Under the pieces are notes generated by a model. The model had not been told where the DNA came from. It searched no databases and saw nothing but the letters and a program-made list of their open reading frames with translations. Of a DNA stretch of 64,000 nucleotides, positions 61,064 to 64,000 are shown in pieces. Each line of letters starts with the position of its first letter. The stretch's first letter is position 1. The position numbers and the translations under genes were made by a program. This DNA comes from the human T2T-CHM13v2.0 reference genome, Homo sapiens, in the NCBI RefSeq assembly GCF_009914755.1, contig NC_060948.1; one strand, 5' to 3'.

Positions 61064-63189
61064 AGATCCATATTTTTTAAATGAAAAAAAATTTCAAAGG
61101 TACTCTGCTTGGTACATTAATCAAATGTAGAAACTGAGGAATAAAACATAACCATGAAACCTAGTTATAACTGCATATGGAAAATACAGAGGATAATTTT
61201 TTAAATAACATATTTTGAAAGCCTTAACTAGTAATTTGAAGAGTTGGCATTTGAAAGGCCAGTATGAATATACCTTCAAAGCAGCAACACAGGTTCCCCA
61301 TGAGAAAAAGCAAACTCAGGGAAAATAAAACCACAAAGGTTCTATCTCTTCTGACCTTTGAAAGACACAGCACAGACAGTGGTCCTTAGGACGAAGAGCA
61401 GGAGACCCCTAATTCCGTCACCATGGCGATAGGGCGTAAACATTGCTGGGTGAGGACACAATCCACATTGTGAGGTCCAACTGCTGCCAGGAAGACAGGA
61501 GTGCTTTTACATAGACCGAAAGGTCATTGAAGGCTTAGAGTTTTGTTTCAAGAACTGAATCCCAAGCCCACACGTTATTAGGCTGCGCTTCTTAAAACAA
61601 GTTATGAGATGGGAAAAAGGGCACCCACAAACATACGTATACATTATGTATATAATAATATACAGTATCATATATATAATATATATAACCTATGTATAAT
61701 ATTGTTTTACATAATGCATCTTATATTATATATATTGTATAAAATATAATAATTGATAATATATAAGTTTTATATTTATACAATATGACATATAGTATAT
61801 ATTATAATTTATGACATATATAATATATGTTATATATCATATATAAAATATAATATACGGTTAATATACGTATTAAATATAAATTATACATTACATATAT
61901 TATATATAATATATCTGTTATATATAATACCCATTACGCATAATATATATATTATGTCTATGTTATATATAGTATAAAACAACATATAATAATATATAAT
62001 TGTATATATAAAATGCGACATATAATATATATTATATTTTATAACATATGTAATATATATTATATATTATATATAATACGTTGTATGTATAATACCTATA
62101 ATAAATATATATTATATGACTATGTTATTAATTACATGTCACATGTGTTATATATTATATATTTTACATAGAATATACCGGTTACATACAATATATACTA
62201 TGTTACCTATAATGAATAATTTATTACATGTAAAATAAAGAATGCAATATATTATGTATAATTTATAATATACAATATGTGGAATGTGATATATATAACA
62301 TATAATATATGATATATGATATACAGTATATGATATATAACATGCAATATATGATACCTAATATATATGGTACACAATATATATTTTATGATATGTATTC
62401 TATATGTTTTATATTCTGTTATATATAACTATTTGAAATTATATATAACTGTATAATATTTTATGTAAATATGTAATATAATATATATAACTATATAATA
62501 TATTATATATAACTATATATTATGTTATATATAATTTTATAACATAATTTACATAAAATATCATAATATAATATATATTATATTATTTCATATTACATAA
62601 TATATATTACATATCACCCAATATAAGTATCATACATAATATTATAATGTAGATTATGTTATGTTATATTAAATATCATATATATCATGTATCATATATT
62701 CTATAATATATATTATACATTATATAATATGTATGTTGTCTATTATGTGATATATATAACTATATATATAATTATATTATTATACATATAACTAGATAAA
62801 CATGTAATTCTACATATTTTCATTTATAATATGTAGAATTATATAATCATATATAATTATTTATATTCTATAAAAAATTATATCATTATATAAATTATAA
62901 TATATAAAAATTATAATATGTACTACAAATATATATATTATATCATATATGATATAGTACCTTTGTTATATATCATAATACATATAAATGTGTATTATGT
63001 TATCTATAATTATATAATTTCATATATAAGATTTATAATATTTATTATATATTATATATGTTATGTAATATATATAGTATATATAAGATGACACAGGATA
63101 AATATTATATACTATGACATATAAAATATATGAGGTTATATGTTACATATAAGGCATATCACATGACATGTAATATATATCATCTATAA

Positions 63190-63480
63190 TTTTTTTTAGA
63201 CAGAGTCTTGTCCTGTTGCACAGTGTGGAGTACAATGGCGCCATCTTTGCTCACTGCAACATCTGCCTCACGGGTACAAGCGATTGTCCTCCCTCAGCCT
63301 CCCAGGTAGCTGGGACTACACCACACTGGGACTACACCAGCTGCCACCATGCCTAGCTAATTTTTTGGATTTTTAGCAGTGACAGCGTTTTACTGTATTG
63401 GCCAGGATGGTCTTGATCTCTTCACCTTGTGATCCCCTTGCCTTGGCCTCCAAATATGCTGGGATTACAGGCCTGAGCCA
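63190..63480 (-). mobile_element. Unit-resident antisense Alu (copy 27)
   Basis: Near-identical to 203-494, with several private substitutions. Confidence 0.9.
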
Positions 63481-64000
63481 AGATCCATATTTTTTAAATG
63501 AAAAAAAATTTCAAAGTTACTCTGCTTGGTACAATAATCAAATGTATAAACTGAGGAATAAAACATAACCATGAAACCTACTTATAACTGCATATGGAAA
63601 ATACAGAGGATAATTTTTTAAATAACATATTTTGAAAGCCTTAACTAGTAATTTGAAGAGTTGGCATTTGAAAGGCCAGTATGAATATACCTTCAAAGCA
63701 GCAACACAGGTTCCCCATGAGAAAAAGCAAACTCAGGGAAAATAAAACCACAAACGTTCAATCTCTTCTGACCTTTGAAAGACACAGCACAGACAGTGGT
63801 CCTTAGGACGAAGAGCAGGAGACCCCTAATTCCGTCACCATGGCGATAGGGCATAAACATTGCTGGGTGAGGGCACAATCCACATTGTGAGGTCCAACTG
63901 TTGCCAGGAAGACAGGAGTGCTTTTACATAGACCGAAACGTCATTGAAGGCTCAGAGTTTTATTTCAAGAACTGAATCCCAAGCCCACACGTTATTAGGC

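Overview
The whole 64 kb window is one head-to-tail tandem array of a ~2.42 kb composite unit (27 anchor copies, about 26.5 periods). It has the architecture of human DYZ2 / HSat1B, most likely from Yq12 heterochromatin; related HSat1B also occurs on acrocentric short arms, so the chromosome is inferred. Each unit has three parts: a diverged antisense Alu (~290 bp, AluS/Sc-like diagnostics, with an internal 16-bp duplication), a ~570 bp moderately GC 'HSATI-like' segment, and ~1.55 kb of extremely AT-rich low-complexity sequence. No credible protein-coding or RNA gene is present, and the ORF track only reflects repeat copies. The departures from the array are: a very young 5'-truncated AluY (Yc1-type G148A) inserted at 7370-7638 with a 12-bp TSD at a non-canonical nick site; a 175-bp microhomology-flanked deletion near 36175; and shared-variant patterns showing local (1-, 2-, 3-, 4-unit) and long-range (18-unit, 43,370 bp) duplications. 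I found no evidence for a novel gene-based system; the interest lies in satellite evolution and retrotransposition.
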